DNA of 64,000 nucleotides from Candidatus Omnitrophota bacterium (lineage in GTDB: Bacteria; Omnitrophota; Gorgyraeia; Gygaellales; Profunditerraquicolaceae). Position numbers and translations under genes: made by a program. The stretch spans positions 24,320-88,319 of the forward strand of contig JAQTPA010000001.1 of the NCBI GenBank assembly GCA_028713155.1. Reading direction: 5' to 3'. The first letter of the stretch is position 1. Every line of letters starts with the position of its first letter. The notes under the pieces are model-generated. The model had not been told where the DNA came from, made no database searches, and saw only the letters and a program-made list of their open reading frames with translations. Below are positions 33,620 to 46,207 of the stretch, in pieces.

Positions 33620-35599
33620 ATGCCAATCATTCAACGTATAAAGAACCTGGTTATAGGGAAATCGCGGAATCCTAAGGACTCCGCGATTTTCCATAAAATA
33701 TCCCTAATAGCTTTCTTTGCCTGGGTGGGCTTAGGCGCCGATGGTTTATCCTCATCTTGTTACGGTCCCCAGGAAGCTTTTCTTGCCTTAGGCAGCCACA
33801 CTTACTTAAGTATTTTTGTTGCTCTGGGAACGGTGCTGACTATCTTTATTATCAGCACAAGTTATTCCCAGATCGTTGAGCTTTTCCCCGGCGGCGGCGG
33901 AGGGTACCTGGTTGCCAGTAAGCTATTATCGCCTACCCTGGGAATGTTCTCCGGCTGCGCCCTGTTAATTGATTATGTATTGACCATTACCGTTTCCATC
34001 GCCAGCGGCGCGGATGCGCTGTTCAGCCTTTTGCCCATGCAATGGCATACCTATAGGCTGATTTTTGCAGTTGCAGTAGTCGCAATACTTATGTTATTAA
34101 ATATGCGCGGGGTAAGAGAATCGGTTTTGATGCTTATGCCTATTTTTCTTATTTTTCTGGTTACCCATATCTTTATCATTATTTATGCTTTTTGCAGGCA
34201 TTCCTCCAGCATCGGGCAGTTAGCCGCTTCTACTTCCGGAGATTTACACAGCACTATTTCGCAGATCGGTTTATGGGGGGCTATCTTTTTAGTCCTTAAG
34301 GCATACAGTATGGGTGCAGGAACCTTTACCGGTATAGAGGCTGTCAGCAACAGCCTGACTGTTTTGCGCGAGCCCAAAGTCCAGACGGCAAAACATACCA
34401 TGCGCTATATGGCTATATCCCTGTCTTTTATTGTTTTAGGCCTGATGGTTGCTTATTTATTCTATAGAGTTAATCTTCAGCCCGGGAGAACTTTGAACGC
34501 AATCCTTTTTGAACAGGCTACTTCAGGGTGGGGCAGGGCCGGTTTCATTTTCGTCCTCGTTACTTTAATTTCGGAAGCCACTCTTCTTTTTGTGGCTGCC
34601 CAGACCGGCTTTGTAGGCGGTCCGGCAGTCCTGGCTAATATGGCCAATGACCGCTGGTTTCCCACAAGATTTTCCACGCTCAGCGACAGGTTAGTGACCC
34701 AGAACGGGATTTTAATTATGGGCGGCCTGGCCCTGGCCATTATGGTTGCCACCGGTGGCTCAGTCAAGTTGCTGGTAGTCTTATACAGTATCAATGTCTT
34801 TATTACATTTGTTTTTTCCCAGGCGGGCATGGTCCGGCACTGGTGGCAGTCGCGCGCACGGGTCAGAGGGTGGCTAAAGAAGATACTTATTAACGGCCTG
34901 GGCCTTATTTTGTGCGTTTTTATACTTATATCCATGATTGCTATGAAATTTCATCAGGGTGGCTGGGTTACTCTTTTTATTACCGGTACCCTGGTTATAT
35001 TAGCGATACTTATCAAGCGGCACTACTATGCTACGGCAAAACTCTTACATAGGTTAAATAGCCTGGTTACCGTTGCCGAATCCGCCGAAGAGACCCTGGT
35101 TAATACGGCCCTGGAAGCGCAGTCCAGGGAGGAACCGGACTTGAAAGCTAAGACGGCGGTTATCCTGGTTAGTGGTTTTAACGGCATTGGCCTGCATACT
35201 CTTTTCGGAATAATCCGGTTATTTGGAGGGGTTTTTAAGAATTTTGTTTTTGTCCAGGTAGGCGTAGTTGACGCTGGAAATTTTAAAGGCAAAACCGAAG
35301 TGGGCAAAGTCGAAGCCGAGGCTAAAAGCGATATCGCCCGTTACGTAAATTTTATGCATAAACAAGGGTTTTATTCCGAAGGAGTTTTTAAAGTAGGCAC
35401 GGATGTCGTAGAAGAGGTCAGCGGCATTGCCCCGGAGATCCTCGCGCGTTTTCCGAACGTCGTTTTCTTCGGTGGACAGCTCATTTTCCCCAAGGATTCG
35501 CTTATCCTGCGTTTTCTGCATAACTATACGGTTTTCGCGATGCAGAAAAAATTGTACCGCGAAGGCATCCCGTTTGTCATATTACCGATAAGAGTATAG
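33620..35599 (+). CDS. APC-superfamily amino acid/polyamine permease with a roughly 200-aa C-terminal cytoplasmic domain
   Basis: 12-TM N-terminal region typical of APC transporters. The C-terminal domain is unassigned. Confidence 0.5.
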   Translation: MPIIQRIKNLVIGKSRNPKDSAIFHKISLIAFFAWVGLGADGLSSSCYGPQEAFLALGSHTYLSIFVALGTVLTIFIISTSYSQIVELFPGGGGGYLVASKLLSPTLGMFSGCALLIDYVLTITVSIASGADALFSLLPMQWHTYRLIFAVAVVAILMLLNMRGVRESVLMLMPIFLIFLVTHIFIIIYAFCRHSSSIGQLAASTSGDLHSTISQIGLWGAIFLVLKAYSMGAGTFTGIEAVSNSLTVLREPKVQTAKHTMRYMAISLSFIVLGLMVAYLFYRVNLQPGRTLNAILFEQATSGWGRAGFIFVLVTLISEATLLFVAAQTGFVGGPAVLANMANDRWFPTRFSTLSDRLVTQNGILIMGGLALAIMVATGGSVKLLVVLYSINVFITFVFSQAGMVRHWWQSRARVRGWLKKILINGLGLILCVFILISMIAMKFHQGGWVTLFITGTLVILAILIKRHYYATAKLLHRLNSLVTVAESAEETLVNTALEAQSREEPDLKAKTAVILVSGFNGIGLHTLFGIIRLFGGVFKNFVFVQVGVVDAGNFKGKTEVGKVEAEAKSDIARYVNFMHKQGFYSEGVFKVGTDVVEEVSGIAPEILARFPNVVFFGGQLIFPKDSLILRFLHNYTVFAMQKKLYREGIPFVILPIRV

Positions 35600-35638
35600 A
35601 AATGGGAGGCGGAAAAATAGAACCGTTCCCATAATAGA

Positions 35639-35875
35639 ATGGTGGACAAAAAAGAAATCTATAAAAGAATTAAAATCGCGGGGATGGTTTCGTATATCCC
35701 TATAATACTGGCTGCTGTTCCCCTGGGCAGTTTCTTTTTAGGCGAATACCTGCAGAATAAATTCCACCTGCCGTTTTATTTCCTGGTTTTCTGTGTTGCC
35801 TTAGGCGTCATCATCGGCATAAAAGAGTCGGTCAGGATAATCAAGCTGGTTTGGAAAATAGAGAATAAAAATTAA
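35639..35875 (+). CDS. AtpZ-like small membrane protein (ATPase_gene1 family) preceding atpI
   Basis: 78 aa, 2 TM, at the head of the atp operon. Confidence 0.45.
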   Translation: MVDKKEIYKRIKIAGMVSYIPIILAAVPLGSFFLGEYLQNKFHLPFYFLVFCVALGVIIGIKESVRIIKLVWKIENKN

Positions 35876-35876
35876 A

Positions 35877-36248
35877 ATGCAGGAATTAATCAAAAGAGCC
35901 GTAAAAGTAAATATTATTTTGGTGTTGACAGCAGCCTTGATTTGCGCAGCTATGCGTAAATTCAGCTTTGGCGCCGGCCTCCTGATCGGTGCCAGCTGGT
36001 CAATGGCTAATTTTCTGTTTACCTTGAATCTACTGGAGATTGCCTTGCTCCGTAAACCCAAGAAAAGGTTTTTGTTGTTGCTTTTAATAAAATTTCCAGT
36101 ATTATATTTATTAGGGTTTTTAATTTTAGTCTTTAAAGTTTTCCCTGCTTTAAGTTTACTCCTCGGCCTGTCTTCAATCTTATTAGTTTTAGGAGTATTG
36201 AATATATGCCCCAAACCCATCAAGCGCAATACGAACTTCCCAATATAG
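35877..36248 (+). CDS. atpI: ATP synthase protein I-like
   Basis: 123 aa membrane protein between atpZ and atpB. Confidence 0.5.
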   Translation: MQELIKRAVKVNIILVLTAALICAAMRKFSFGAGLLIGASWSMANFLFTLNLLEIALLRKPKKRFLLLLLIKFPVLYLLGFLILVFKVFPALSLLLGLSSILLVLGVLNICPKPIKRNTNFPI

Positions 36249-37006
36249 TAACGCTTTTGGCGGATAAAATCGGCAGGGTTACTCATTTGGGCGAACAGAT
36301 TTACCTGTGGGAGAATGTGATATTTTCTCTTATTATTGTCATGGTTATCTCCCTGGTTGCGTTTCTGGCTTGCCGTAAGCCGAAAATGATTCCGGACAGG
36401 TTACAAAACGCGGTAGAAGCAGTAGCGGGAGGTTTAGATGATTTTATCTGCGGCATATTAGGCCCCCGGGGAAGAAGTTACACTCCTTTCATCGGCACGC
36501 TTTTCATTTACATACTTTTTATGAACTTATGCGGGATCATTCCTTTTATGAAGTCGCCTACTGCCAGCTGGTCTACTACCCTGGGCCTGGCAATTTGCGT
36601 TTTTATCTACGTGCAATATACTGCCTTAAGGGAGTTCGGGCTCCTAGGTTATCTGGATCATATGATGGGCAGGCCCAGGGGCATTTTGGCGTTTTCTGTT
36701 TTTATCCCGCTGATGATGTTCATCTTGCATATAGTTTCGGAGTTAGTCAGGCCGATAAGCCTGTCTTTACGTTTACGCAGTAATATTTGGGGCGACGATT
36801 TGCTTTTATCCGTATTGGCGGGGCTGGGCCTAGCCGGCGTACCGCTCTTTGTATTCAGCGCATTGCTGGCAATTTTAGCGGCGTTAGTCCAGGCACTGGT
36901 TTTTAGCCTTTTAACAACCATATATTTTGCCCTTGTCTTAACCCACGAGGAGGAAGATAAAGAAATGGGTAAATTAATTAAGGAGGAAAAATGGATTACA
37001 AAGTAG
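36206..37006 (+). CDS. atpB: F0F1 ATP synthase subunit a
   Basis: 'ISLSLRLRSNIWGDDLL' contains the conserved Arg of subunit a. Confidence 0.85.
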   Translation: MPQTHQAQYELPNIVTLLADKIGRVTHLGEQIYLWENVIFSLIIVMVISLVAFLACRKPKMIPDRLQNAVEAVAGGLDDFICGILGPRGRSYTPFIGTLFIYILFMNLCGIIPFMKSPTASWSTTLGLAICVFIYVQYTALREFGLLGYLDHMMGRPRGILAFSVFIPLMMFILHIVSELVRPISLSLRLRSNIWGDDLLLSVLAGLGLAGVPLFVFSALLAILAALVQALVFSLLTTIYFALVLTHEEEDKEMGKLIKEEKWITK

Positions 37007-37221
37007 TCTTGGCATTTGCTATCCCCTTAGGCTTAGGCTTGACCGCGGTAGGTTCGGCGATTGCTTTAGGTAAAGCAGTATCTTCGGCGATGGAGGCAAC
37101 GGGCAGGCAGCCGGAAGCAGCAACGAAAATCCTGATTAACATGGCCACAGGCTGCGCGTTTATTGAAGCGCTGACGATTTACGGGTTGGTTTTCGCGTTT
37201 GTGTTAGCGGGTAAATTATAA
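36991..37221 (+). CDS. atpE: F0F1 ATP synthase subunit c
   Basis: 76-aa hairpin with the conserved carboxylate in 'AFIEALTIYGLV'. Confidence 0.9.
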   Translation: MDYKVVLAFAIPLGLGLTAVGSAIALGKAVSSAMEATGRQPEAATKILINMATGCAFIEALTIYGLVFAFVLAGKL

Positions 37222-37235
37222 ACTAAAAAAGCCCT

Positions 37236-37730
37236 ATGGAGTTACTTAAGCTTTTAAGCACTAATGAGATTGTTGCCCAAATCCTGGGTTTCCTGATTTT
37301 GCTGGCCCTCTTGAGGATCTTTGCCTGGAAGAGTATCCTTGGGTTACTTGATAAACGTAAAGAACGCATTGCCCTGGAGTTCAAAAAGATAGAAGAAGCT
37401 AAGGCGGATATCGAGAAGCTAAGGCTGGAGTATGCCGCAAAGATAGTTTCTATTGACGAAACAGCGCAGTTGAAGATTCACGAAGCTCTTAATCAGGCCA
37501 AGGTAATCTTAGAGGATAGCCGTAAGAACGGCTATATCCAGGCCCAGGCAATTATAGACAATGCCAAGCAGAGCGTTAAATATGAACTCGCTAAAGCCAA
37601 AGATGAACTAAAGAATGAGATCATTGATTTAACGCTTAAGGCTACCGAGGACCTTATCCAGGAGAAATTCACCGGAGAAGGAGACAGAAAGTTGGTAGAA
37701 GATTTCTTGAAGGGAGTGGATAAGCTTTAA
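37236..37730 (+). CDS. atpF: F0F1 ATP synthase subunit b
   Basis: One N-terminal TM plus a long charged helix. Confidence 0.8.
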   Translation: MELLKLLSTNEIVAQILGFLILLALLRIFAWKSILGLLDKRKERIALEFKKIEEAKADIEKLRLEYAAKIVSIDETAQLKIHEALNQAKVILEDSRKNGYIQAQAIIDNAKQSVKYELAKAKDELKNEIIDLTLKATEDLIQEKFTGEGDRKLVEDFLKGVDKL

Positions 37731-38273
37731 ATGAAAGAAAGGCTGGTTGTTAAGAGATACGCTGAAGCGTTTATGGATTTTGCCAAAGAGACTATTGGAT
37801 TGAAGCAGGCCGTCCTGGAGTTTAAAAATTTAAAAGTCATTATGCACGATAATCAAGGATTCCAGGAGATATTATATAGTCTGGATGTGTCTTATTCCGA
37901 GAAGTGCGATTTTATTGATAAGGTCCTGGATGCGGATTTCTCCAATGAATTCAAACAGTTTTTAAAGCTCCTTTTAGAAAAGAACCGCATTGACCGGATC
38001 GGCGATATCGCCGATTACGCAAGGGCAGCCTACAGTCACCTGGGAGAAACCGAGGCAATATTAAGGACGAGTTTTCCTTTGGATTTAAGCTTGATTCGTA
38101 AGATCAAGGATAAATTGGAGCAGAAGTTTAACCGCGCTTTTAGGTTTTATATAGATTTGGACGGCCGGCTGCTCGGAGGAGTCCAGGTAATTATAGGCAA
38201 TACTATTATTGACGGCACAGTGCGCCGCAGGTTAGAAGACCTTAGGGAACAGCTTTTAACAGTAAGAGTTTAA
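37731..38273 (+). CDS. atpH: F0F1 ATP synthase subunit delta
   Basis: 180 aa, in the OSCP/delta position. Confidence 0.8.
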   Translation: MKERLVVKRYAEAFMDFAKETIGLKQAVLEFKNLKVIMHDNQGFQEILYSLDVSYSEKCDFIDKVLDADFSNEFKQFLKLLLEKNRIDRIGDIADYARAAYSHLGETEAILRTSFPLDLSLIRKIKDKLEQKFNRAFRFYIDLDGRLLGGVQVIIGNTIIDGTVRRRLEDLREQLLTVRV

Positions 38274-38274
38274 T

Positions 38275-39804
38275 ATGCCATTAAGACCGGAAGAAGTAAG
38301 TTCAATCATCCGCAATGAGTTGGAAAAATATAAGACCCGCATGCGTTCGGAGTCTATCGGTACGGTTATCCAGGTTGGGGATACCATTGCCCGCATTCAC
38401 GGTTTAGATGACGTGATGACGGGTGAGTTAGTCCAGTTTTCAGAAAATGTCATGGGCATGGTTTTAAACCTGGAAGAAGACAGCGTAGGCGTGGTTGTTT
38501 TCGGGACGGATAATCCGGATAAGGATATTAAAGAAGGGGATATTGTCAAGCGGACCGGAAAAATCATTCAGGTCCCGGTGGGAGAGGCATTAATCGGCCG
38601 GGTAGTCAATGCCTTAGGCCGGCCGATTGACGGTAAGGGCCCGGTTAACACGGATAAATTCAGGCCGATAGAATCCAAGGCGCCTAATGTGGTTGAGCGC
38701 CAGCCGGTATGCGAATCACTGGAAACCGGGATCAAGGCCATTGATGCGATGACGCCTATTGGCCGGGGCCAGCGCGAACTTATCATTGCCGACCGCCAGA
38801 CAGGCAAGACCGCTATCGCCATTGATACGATTATCAATCAAAAAGGTAAAGGCGTATATTGTATTTATGTAGCCATAGGCCAGAAACTTTCCAGTGTGGT
38901 GACTGTTTCGGAGACTTTGCAAAAATGCGGGGCTATGGAATATACTACGATTGTCAGCGCCTCTAGCCGCGCGTCGGCATCTTTACAGTACTTGGCGCCT
39001 TACTCCGGATGCGCCATGGCCGAAGAACTGCTTTATTCCGGAAAGCACGTTTTAGTAGTCTATGATGATTTAACCAAGCACGCGCAGGCTTATCGGCAGC
39101 TCTCCCTGCTTTTAAGAAGGCCTCCGGGAAGAGAAGCCTATCCTGGAGACATATTCTATCTGCATTCGCGTTTACTGGAGCGTGCGGCAAAACTAAATGA
39201 CTCACTCGGCGCAGGATCTTTTACGGCTATCCCGATTGTCGAAACCCAAGCCGGAGACATCACCAGTTATATCCCCACTAACGTCATCTCTATTACCGAC
39301 GGCCAGATTTATTTAGAGAATGATTTATTTTACGCCGGGGTGCGGCCGGCGATAAACGTGGGTTTATCGGTTTCCCGGGTCGGGGGTAAGGCCCAGGTAA
39401 AAGCCATGCGCCAGGTAGCTTCCAAGCTTAGGCTGGATTTGGCGCAATACAGGGAACTGGTTATTTTTACTCAATTCGGCACTGAGCTGGATAAGTCCAC
39501 GCAGGCTCAGCTTGTCCGCGGCGAGAGGATGACCGAGATTTTAAAGCAGGAGCAGTTTAATCCGCTGTCTATATCTAAGCAGGTATTGATTATTTACTGC
39601 GGTACGCACGGATTCCTGGATGACCTTGCGGTAGGCTCAATCAAGAAATTTGAAGCACAGTTTTTTAAATATATGGATAAGAATCATCCCGACATCGCCG
39701 CTGAGATAGAGTCCAAAAGAGAATTAAGCCAGGAGCTTATGCAAGGGATGGACGCGGCGATATACGCCTTCAAAAGTAATTTTGTCCGGGATAATACATT
39801 ATGA
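38275..39804 (+). CDS. atpA: F0F1 ATP synthase subunit alpha
   Basis: P-loop GDRQTGKT. Confidence 0.95.
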   Translation: MPLRPEEVSSIIRNELEKYKTRMRSESIGTVIQVGDTIARIHGLDDVMTGELVQFSENVMGMVLNLEEDSVGVVVFGTDNPDKDIKEGDIVKRTGKIIQVPVGEALIGRVVNALGRPIDGKGPVNTDKFRPIESKAPNVVERQPVCESLETGIKAIDAMTPIGRGQRELIIADRQTGKTAIAIDTIINQKGKGVYCIYVAIGQKLSSVVTVSETLQKCGAMEYTTIVSASSRASASLQYLAPYSGCAMAEELLYSGKHVLVVYDDLTKHAQAYRQLSLLLRRPPGREAYPGDIFYLHSRLLERAAKLNDSLGAGSFTAIPIVETQAGDITSYIPTNVISITDGQIYLENDLFYAGVRPAINVGLSVSRVGGKAQVKAMRQVASKLRLDLAQYRELVIFTQFGTELDKSTQAQLVRGERMTEILKQEQFNPLSISKQVLIIYCGTHGFLDDLAVGSIKKFEAQFFKYMDKNHPDIAAEIESKRELSQELMQGMDAAIYAFKSNFVRDNTL

Positions 39805-40655
39805 TCCAGTCGCTAAAAACCATAAAAAACAGGATCCGCAGCATTGAGAATACCAAAAAGGTCACCGCGGCTATGGAGTTGATTTCGGTAGCCAAATTAA
39901 ACCGGATTGAAAAAGGCCTGCTCAGTTTTAGGCCGTATGTTACCGCCCTCGGGAATATTATGCATAATCTTATCTCCAGTTCGCCCCAGACCAGGCATAT
40001 CTTCCTTGAAGAGAGGCCCGGGTTGGATAAAATATGCTTGTGCGTAATAACTTCGGATAGCGGTCTATGCGGGGTTTATAATAACAATATAATCCGCCTG
40101 GCCGAAGAGTTCATTCGCCAACAGGGTAAAGAAAAAATAATTCTGGTTTGCCTAGGGAGAAAGGGCTTTAATTATTTCAGGAGGCAGGGCCTTCAGGTAT
40201 CCAATGCCTATCTTGGCGTAAACGGCCGTTATTCTGAAAAATTATGCCTGGAGTTAAACAACAGGCTTAAGGATATATTTATTTCCGGAGCGGCTCCTAA
40301 GGTGTATATCGCTTATACGCATTTTAAGACGGCATTGGTCCATAAACCCAGCGTAGAGAAGTTCCTGAGCCTGGAGCGTTTAACGCAAAGCCAGAAGGAT
40401 TATATTACCGAGCCCGGCATAGATACTATTTTAAATGAGCTTATCCCAAAATACATTTATATGAAATTAAAGCTGGCCATCTTAGAATCTTTTACCGCGG
40501 AACATTCAGCCCGGATTATCGCGATGAAATCCGCTACGGATAATGCCAAGGATTTATTGGAAAAGCTGACTTTATTGCGGAATAAAACCCGCCAGGCTAA
40601 TATTACGCAGGAGATTATGGAGATAATTTCTTCATCGGAGGCATTGAAAGGTTAA
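39801..40655 (+). CDS. atpG: F0F1 ATP synthase subunit gamma
   Basis: 284 aa, typical N- and C-terminal helices. Confidence 0.9.
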   Translation: MIQSLKTIKNRIRSIENTKKVTAAMELISVAKLNRIEKGLLSFRPYVTALGNIMHNLISSSPQTRHIFLEERPGLDKICLCVITSDSGLCGVYNNNIIRLAEEFIRQQGKEKIILVCLGRKGFNYFRRQGLQVSNAYLGVNGRYSEKLCLELNNRLKDIFISGAAPKVYIAYTHFKTALVHKPSVEKFLSLERLTQSQKDYITEPGIDTILNELIPKYIYMKLKLAILESFTAEHSARIIAMKSATDNAKDLLEKLTLLRNKTRQANITQEIMEIISSSEALKG

Positions 40656-40686
40656 TACTGAGGCTCCGGTAAATAATGGTCACATT

Positions 40687-42363
<1,677 letters not shown>

Positions 42364-42381
42364 GGCCGTACCTTTATAGTT

Positions 42382-42639
42382 ATGGAAAAATCATTCCGCG
42401 TTAACATTTTAACCCCGGAGAAAAATATTTTTGAGGGAGAGATTGTTTCGCTCATTGTCCCGGCGGCGTTAGGGTATTTGGGCATCCTGGCAGACCACGC
42501 CCCGCTGGCGGCGAGCCTGAAAGCCGGTAAAATAATTTTTAGAGGGAATACGGGTGAACAAACCGTATTATATAATAAAAATAGGGGTTTTCTGGAAGTC
42601 GCCGAGAATAAAGTTACCGTACTTTTGGATTCTGCCTAA
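42382..42639 (+). CDS. atpC: F0F1 ATP synthase subunit epsilon, truncated form with only the N-terminal beta-sandwich
   Basis: 85 aa versus the usual roughly 135. The C-terminal two-helix inhibitory hairpin is absent. Confidence 0.75.
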   Translation: MEKSFRVNILTPEKNIFEGEIVSLIVPAALGYLGILADHAPLAASLKAGKIIFRGNTGEQTVLYNKNRGFLEVAENKVTVLLDSA

Positions 42640-42743
42640 GCCCTAAGATTTTCTTTCTTGACAAAATAAATTTCCATATTATCATTAAAGAGTATCTTTA
42701 ACGAGGTTAATAGAGAGCGGTTTGGTTTATCCAGGGAAGAGTA

Positions 42744-42792
42744 AAAGACAAAGGCGTCTAGAAACTTAAAAAGGCACCTTTGTCTTTTTTTT
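42744..42792 (+). terminator. intrinsic terminator (gacaaagg...cctttgtc followed by T8) after the atp operon
   Basis: Stem 42747-42754/42777-42784 followed by tttttttt at 42785-42792. Confidence 0.6.
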
Positions 42793-42847
42793 AAGGTATT
42801 CTGCCTAATATTAATGCAGGATTTGCCTAAAATTTAGGAGGAGAGAA

Positions 42848-44185
42848 ATGGTCAAAGAAGCAGAAGGTTTTATGGCTAAAGTAATAGAAAAAAATCCCGG
42901 TGAGGTTGAATTCCACCAGGCTGTCCGGGAAGTAGCGGAGTCCCTGGCGCCTTATATTGAAAAGAACCCCAAATATAAGAAAGCGAAGATATTAGAGAGG
43001 ATGATCGAGCCGGAGCGGGTAATGATGTTCCGCGTCCCCTGGCTGGATGATCAAGGGGAAATTCAGATAAACCGTGGTTACCGGATCCAGATGAACAGCG
43101 CTATGGGGCCGTATAAGGGTGGCTTGCGTTTTCATCCCAGCGTGAATTTGAGTATTTTAAAATTTTTGGCCTTTGAGCAGGTGTTTAAGAACGCTCTCAC
43201 TACGTTACCTATGGGCGGCGGCAAGGGCGGTTCTGATTTTGATCCCAAAGGAAAATCCGATAATGAAGTAATGCATTTTTGCCAGAGTTTTATGACGGAA
43301 TTATTCCGCTACATCGGCCCGGATACGGATGTTCCTGCCGGAGATATCGGCGTAGGCGGACGCGAAATCGGCTATTTGTACGGCCAGTATAAAAGGCTGC
43401 GCAATGAATTTTCCGGCGTGCTCACGGGTAAGGGCCTGAATTGGGGCGGAAGCTTAATCCGTCCAGAGGCAACCGGATATGGCTGCGTTTATTTTGTACA
43501 GGAGATGCTTAAAACCAAAGGAGAGAAGCTTGAGGGTAAAGTTTGTGCGGTTTCCGGTTCCGGTAATGTCGCGCAATACACGGTAGAAAAACTTATTGAG
43601 TTAGGGGCCAAGGTAGTGACCCTTTCTGATTCCGGCGGATATATTTACGACAAGGGCGGCATTGATAAAAAAGAATTAACTTGTATTATGCAGCTTAAGA
43701 ATGAAAAACGCGCCCGCATCAAAGAATGCGCAAAAGAATTCCACTGCGAATACCTTGAAGGAGAAAGGCCCTGGAGGGTCAAGTGCGATGTCGCTTTCCC
43801 CAGCGCCACGCAGAACGAAATCAGCGAAAGTGACGCCAGGGAATTGGTTAAAAACGGCTGTATTGCCGTAGGCGAAGGGGCAAATATGCCGACTACTCCC
43901 GAAGGGGTTGAGGTCTTTCAGAAGGCCAAGATACTCTATACGCCGGGTAAGGCTTCTAATGCCGGAGGCGTAGCTACCTCGGGCCTGGAAATGTCGCAAA
44001 ACAGTATGCGTCTCTCCTGGACCCGCGAAGAAGTAGATAAGAGGCTCCACGATATTATGATTTCCATCCACGAGCAGTGCGTTCAATATGGCAAGGAGTC
44101 TGGCTATATAAACTATGTAAAAGGCGCAAATATTGCCGGATTTGTTAAAGTAGCTGACGCGATGATGGATCAGGGGCTGGTGTAA
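42848..44185 (+). CDS. gdhA: NADP-specific glutamate dehydrogenase
   Basis: Lys-containing active-site region 'GGGKGGSDFDPKGKSD'. 445 aa. Confidence 0.95.
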   Translation: MVKEAEGFMAKVIEKNPGEVEFHQAVREVAESLAPYIEKNPKYKKAKILERMIEPERVMMFRVPWLDDQGEIQINRGYRIQMNSAMGPYKGGLRFHPSVNLSILKFLAFEQVFKNALTTLPMGGGKGGSDFDPKGKSDNEVMHFCQSFMTELFRYIGPDTDVPAGDIGVGGREIGYLYGQYKRLRNEFSGVLTGKGLNWGGSLIRPEATGYGCVYFVQEMLKTKGEKLEGKVCAVSGSGNVAQYTVEKLIELGAKVVTLSDSGGYIYDKGGIDKKELTCIMQLKNEKRARIKECAKEFHCEYLEGERPWRVKCDVAFPSATQNEISESDARELVKNGCIAVGEGANMPTTPEGVEVFQKAKILYTPGKASNAGGVATSGLEMSQNSMRLSWTREEVDKRLHDIMISIHEQCVQYGKESGYINYVKGANIAGFVKVADAMMDQGLV

Positions 44186-44208
44186 AATAAGGTTATCCTC
44201 TGCCCGTA

Positions 44209-44247
44209 AAACGCCCTTAAAGATAATCTTTAGGGGCGTTTTTTTAT
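44209..44247 (+). terminator. intrinsic terminator after gdhA (aaacgccc...gggcgttt followed by T7)
   Basis: GC stem plus T-run. Confidence 0.65.
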
Positions 44248-44275
44248 TGAACTACTTAGATTTTAGCGGTAGAAT
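44247..44275 (+). promoter_or_regulatory. sigma70-like promoter TTGAAC-N17-TAGAAT
   Basis: ttgaac at 44247-44252 and tagaat at 44270-44275. Confidence 0.45.
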
Positions 44276-44284
44276 AAAAACCTA

Positions 44285-46207
44285 ATGGACAAGGAAGAAG
44301 CATTAACCGGTTTTCTTAAAGGCCTGCGTATAGCCATTAATAACGCATTGGCTTACTCCCGTCAACATCCTTACTTTCTAAAATCTACCCAGGAATTCAA
44401 AGAAAAAATCGATGCTTTACTTACTTTTTTAGACCCCATAAAGATCAGTGCTACTTCCGGATCTTTATTCCTGGACGGTAAATACTGGGACAAGATTGTT
44501 TCCTCCGTTGAGCTCGCCCAGGTTTTGCATCAGCGTAAAATCAAGAGCATTGAATTCAAATCCGGGCTGGTTGTCTCGGAATTAGCGGACGCCTTAAGTT
44601 TTTTAGCTTTACAGCCGAAAGAGATCCTTAAAAGGGGTGGTTTATCCAGGCTGTTAAGGGATATGGACAGCCGGCATATCTGTATTGAAGAGTTGGATTA
44701 TTCCGGGCTCCTGGGCGGGCAAGGGGAAGCGACTAAGGATATCTGGCTCTATCTTTTTAATGAAGCGGTAGAAAAACGGGATGCCCAGAAAATAAATGAA
44801 TTCGCGGATAATTTCTCGGAAGGCGTAAAGAACCTTAGCGTTAAGAAAGTTGTTGAAGATAATAAATTAAGAGAGAATTTACACGGGCTCTTGCATTATT
44901 TAAAGGACGGAGATAAAGAAAAATACCTTAAATGTTCCCGGGAACTCTCCAGTCTCTTTTTAAATTCCGGCGCGCAAATCAGTGCGGATAACGTAAGTAA
45001 GCTAAAAGGGTTATTCAGCGATCTCGATGGCAATGATTTCGCGGATCTCCTTTTGTCTCAGATATCCGATAGCAGCAGGCTGAATACCCTGAACCTGGAG
45101 CTGTTCTCGCGCCTGGCAGGGGAAGAAAGAGCGGAAAAAATTGCTTTCCGCCTGGCGGATAAAGTAAAGGGTAAAATAGAGCTAAGTAATAAGCCGGCAT
45201 TATACAAAAAGATTAAAGATTTATTATCCGGACCGGACGCTCAAACTGTTTCTCCTGCCTACCACTTAGCCCTGTTTACATTAATCAAGGACATTTCTTT
45301 CAAGGATACCTTATTCTTTGACCGTGAACAACTGCGCTCCAATTACCACACGGCTATCCTTAATTTACTTATTCAGGAAAAAAACGCTGAAGATTTAAGT
45401 ATGATTCTGGAGAAGTTAGGTAGGGAATGGATGAATATAAACCAGGGGAAGGATTATCAATTCTTAAACTATTTATTGGGCGCGCTGAGACAGAAAAATA
45501 AAAGCGGGGAGTTGTCTGCCAGCGTCTTAGAAGGTATTGAAAAAAGAATTGGCGAGGCAGTAGAAAATGGTATCTGGGATGAGGCCGTGCCGCAAGGCCT
45601 GGCGCAACTCGCTGATGCCCTGGATAAGAGTTACTTAACAGTTGACTTTTATTTGGATAAGATCTTCCGGGAAAATAAACTTAACACCCACGGTTTAAAG
45701 CTATTTTTAAGGTTTTTCCCGGCAAGCCTAAGTATTTTTTACGAGTACCTGCGCTCAAGGCGCGCTGATTTGGAATTCTTAAACCAGGCCATACAAATTC
45801 TGTCCGAAATTGACCTGTCTGTTTCCCTGCCTGTTTTAAAGGAAGTCTTCTTTTCCGGAAACGAGTTGATTAAGTTGGAGGTGTTGAAGGCAATGCGGAA
45901 TTCTACCGTGGTTGATACGGAATTTCTCTTTTCCCTGCTTGGAGAAAAGAGTATCGCCTTAAGGAAAGGGGCGTTGAGAGTCCTGCGTAAGAATGATGCC
46001 GACAGAAATAAGGCGCTCAGCCTGCTTTTAGGGGTTCCCAGCCCGTGGGGGAGTAGGAACCAGCTGATTTTAGAGAATGTAAAGATTATAGAAGATTTAT
46101 GGTTAAAAGAAGCAAGCGATTATCTGGTTGCTTTCAGCAAAAGAAGGTTCTTCTGGAATAAGAATTTGAGAAATGAGGCGCTCGAGGTGCTCAAGAAATG
46201 GGAATAG
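44285..46207 (+). CDS. signalling-type protein with a DUF3391-like N-terminal domain, shared with the downstream HD-GYP protein, plus a long alpha-helical/HEAT-like repeat region and no catalytic output domain
   Basis: The N-terminus 'FLKGLRIAINNALAYSRQHPYFLKSTQEFKEKIDALL' parallels the next ORF's 'FKDLLTSLQTAKLYGTEHPITKNSIEKAYLSLQDVL'. HEAT-like repeats lie near the C-terminus (LKEVFFSGNELIKLEVLKAMRNS / ALRKGALRVLRKNDAD). Confidence 0.45.
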   Translation: MDKEEALTGFLKGLRIAINNALAYSRQHPYFLKSTQEFKEKIDALLTFLDPIKISATSGSLFLDGKYWDKIVSSVELAQVLHQRKIKSIEFKSGLVVSELADALSFLALQPKEILKRGGLSRLLRDMDSRHICIEELDYSGLLGGQGEATKDIWLYLFNEAVEKRDAQKINEFADNFSEGVKNLSVKKVVEDNKLRENLHGLLHYLKDGDKEKYLKCSRELSSLFLNSGAQISADNVSKLKGLFSDLDGNDFADLLLSQISDSSRLNTLNLELFSRLAGEERAEKIAFRLADKVKGKIELSNKPALYKKIKDLLSGPDAQTVSPAYHLALFTLIKDISFKDTLFFDREQLRSNYHTAILNLLIQEKNAEDLSMILEKLGREWMNINQGKDYQFLNYLLGALRQKNKSGELSASVLEGIEKRIGEAVENGIWDEAVPQGLAQLADALDKSYLTVDFYLDKIFRENKLNTHGLKLFLRFFPASLSIFYEYLRSRRADLEFLNQAIQILSEIDLSVSLPVLKEVFFSGNELIKLEVLKAMRNSTVVDTEFLFSLLGEKSIALRKGALRVLRKNDADRNKALSLLLGVPSPWGSRNQLILENVKIIEDLWLKEASDYLVAFSKRRFFWNKNLRNEALEVLKKWE

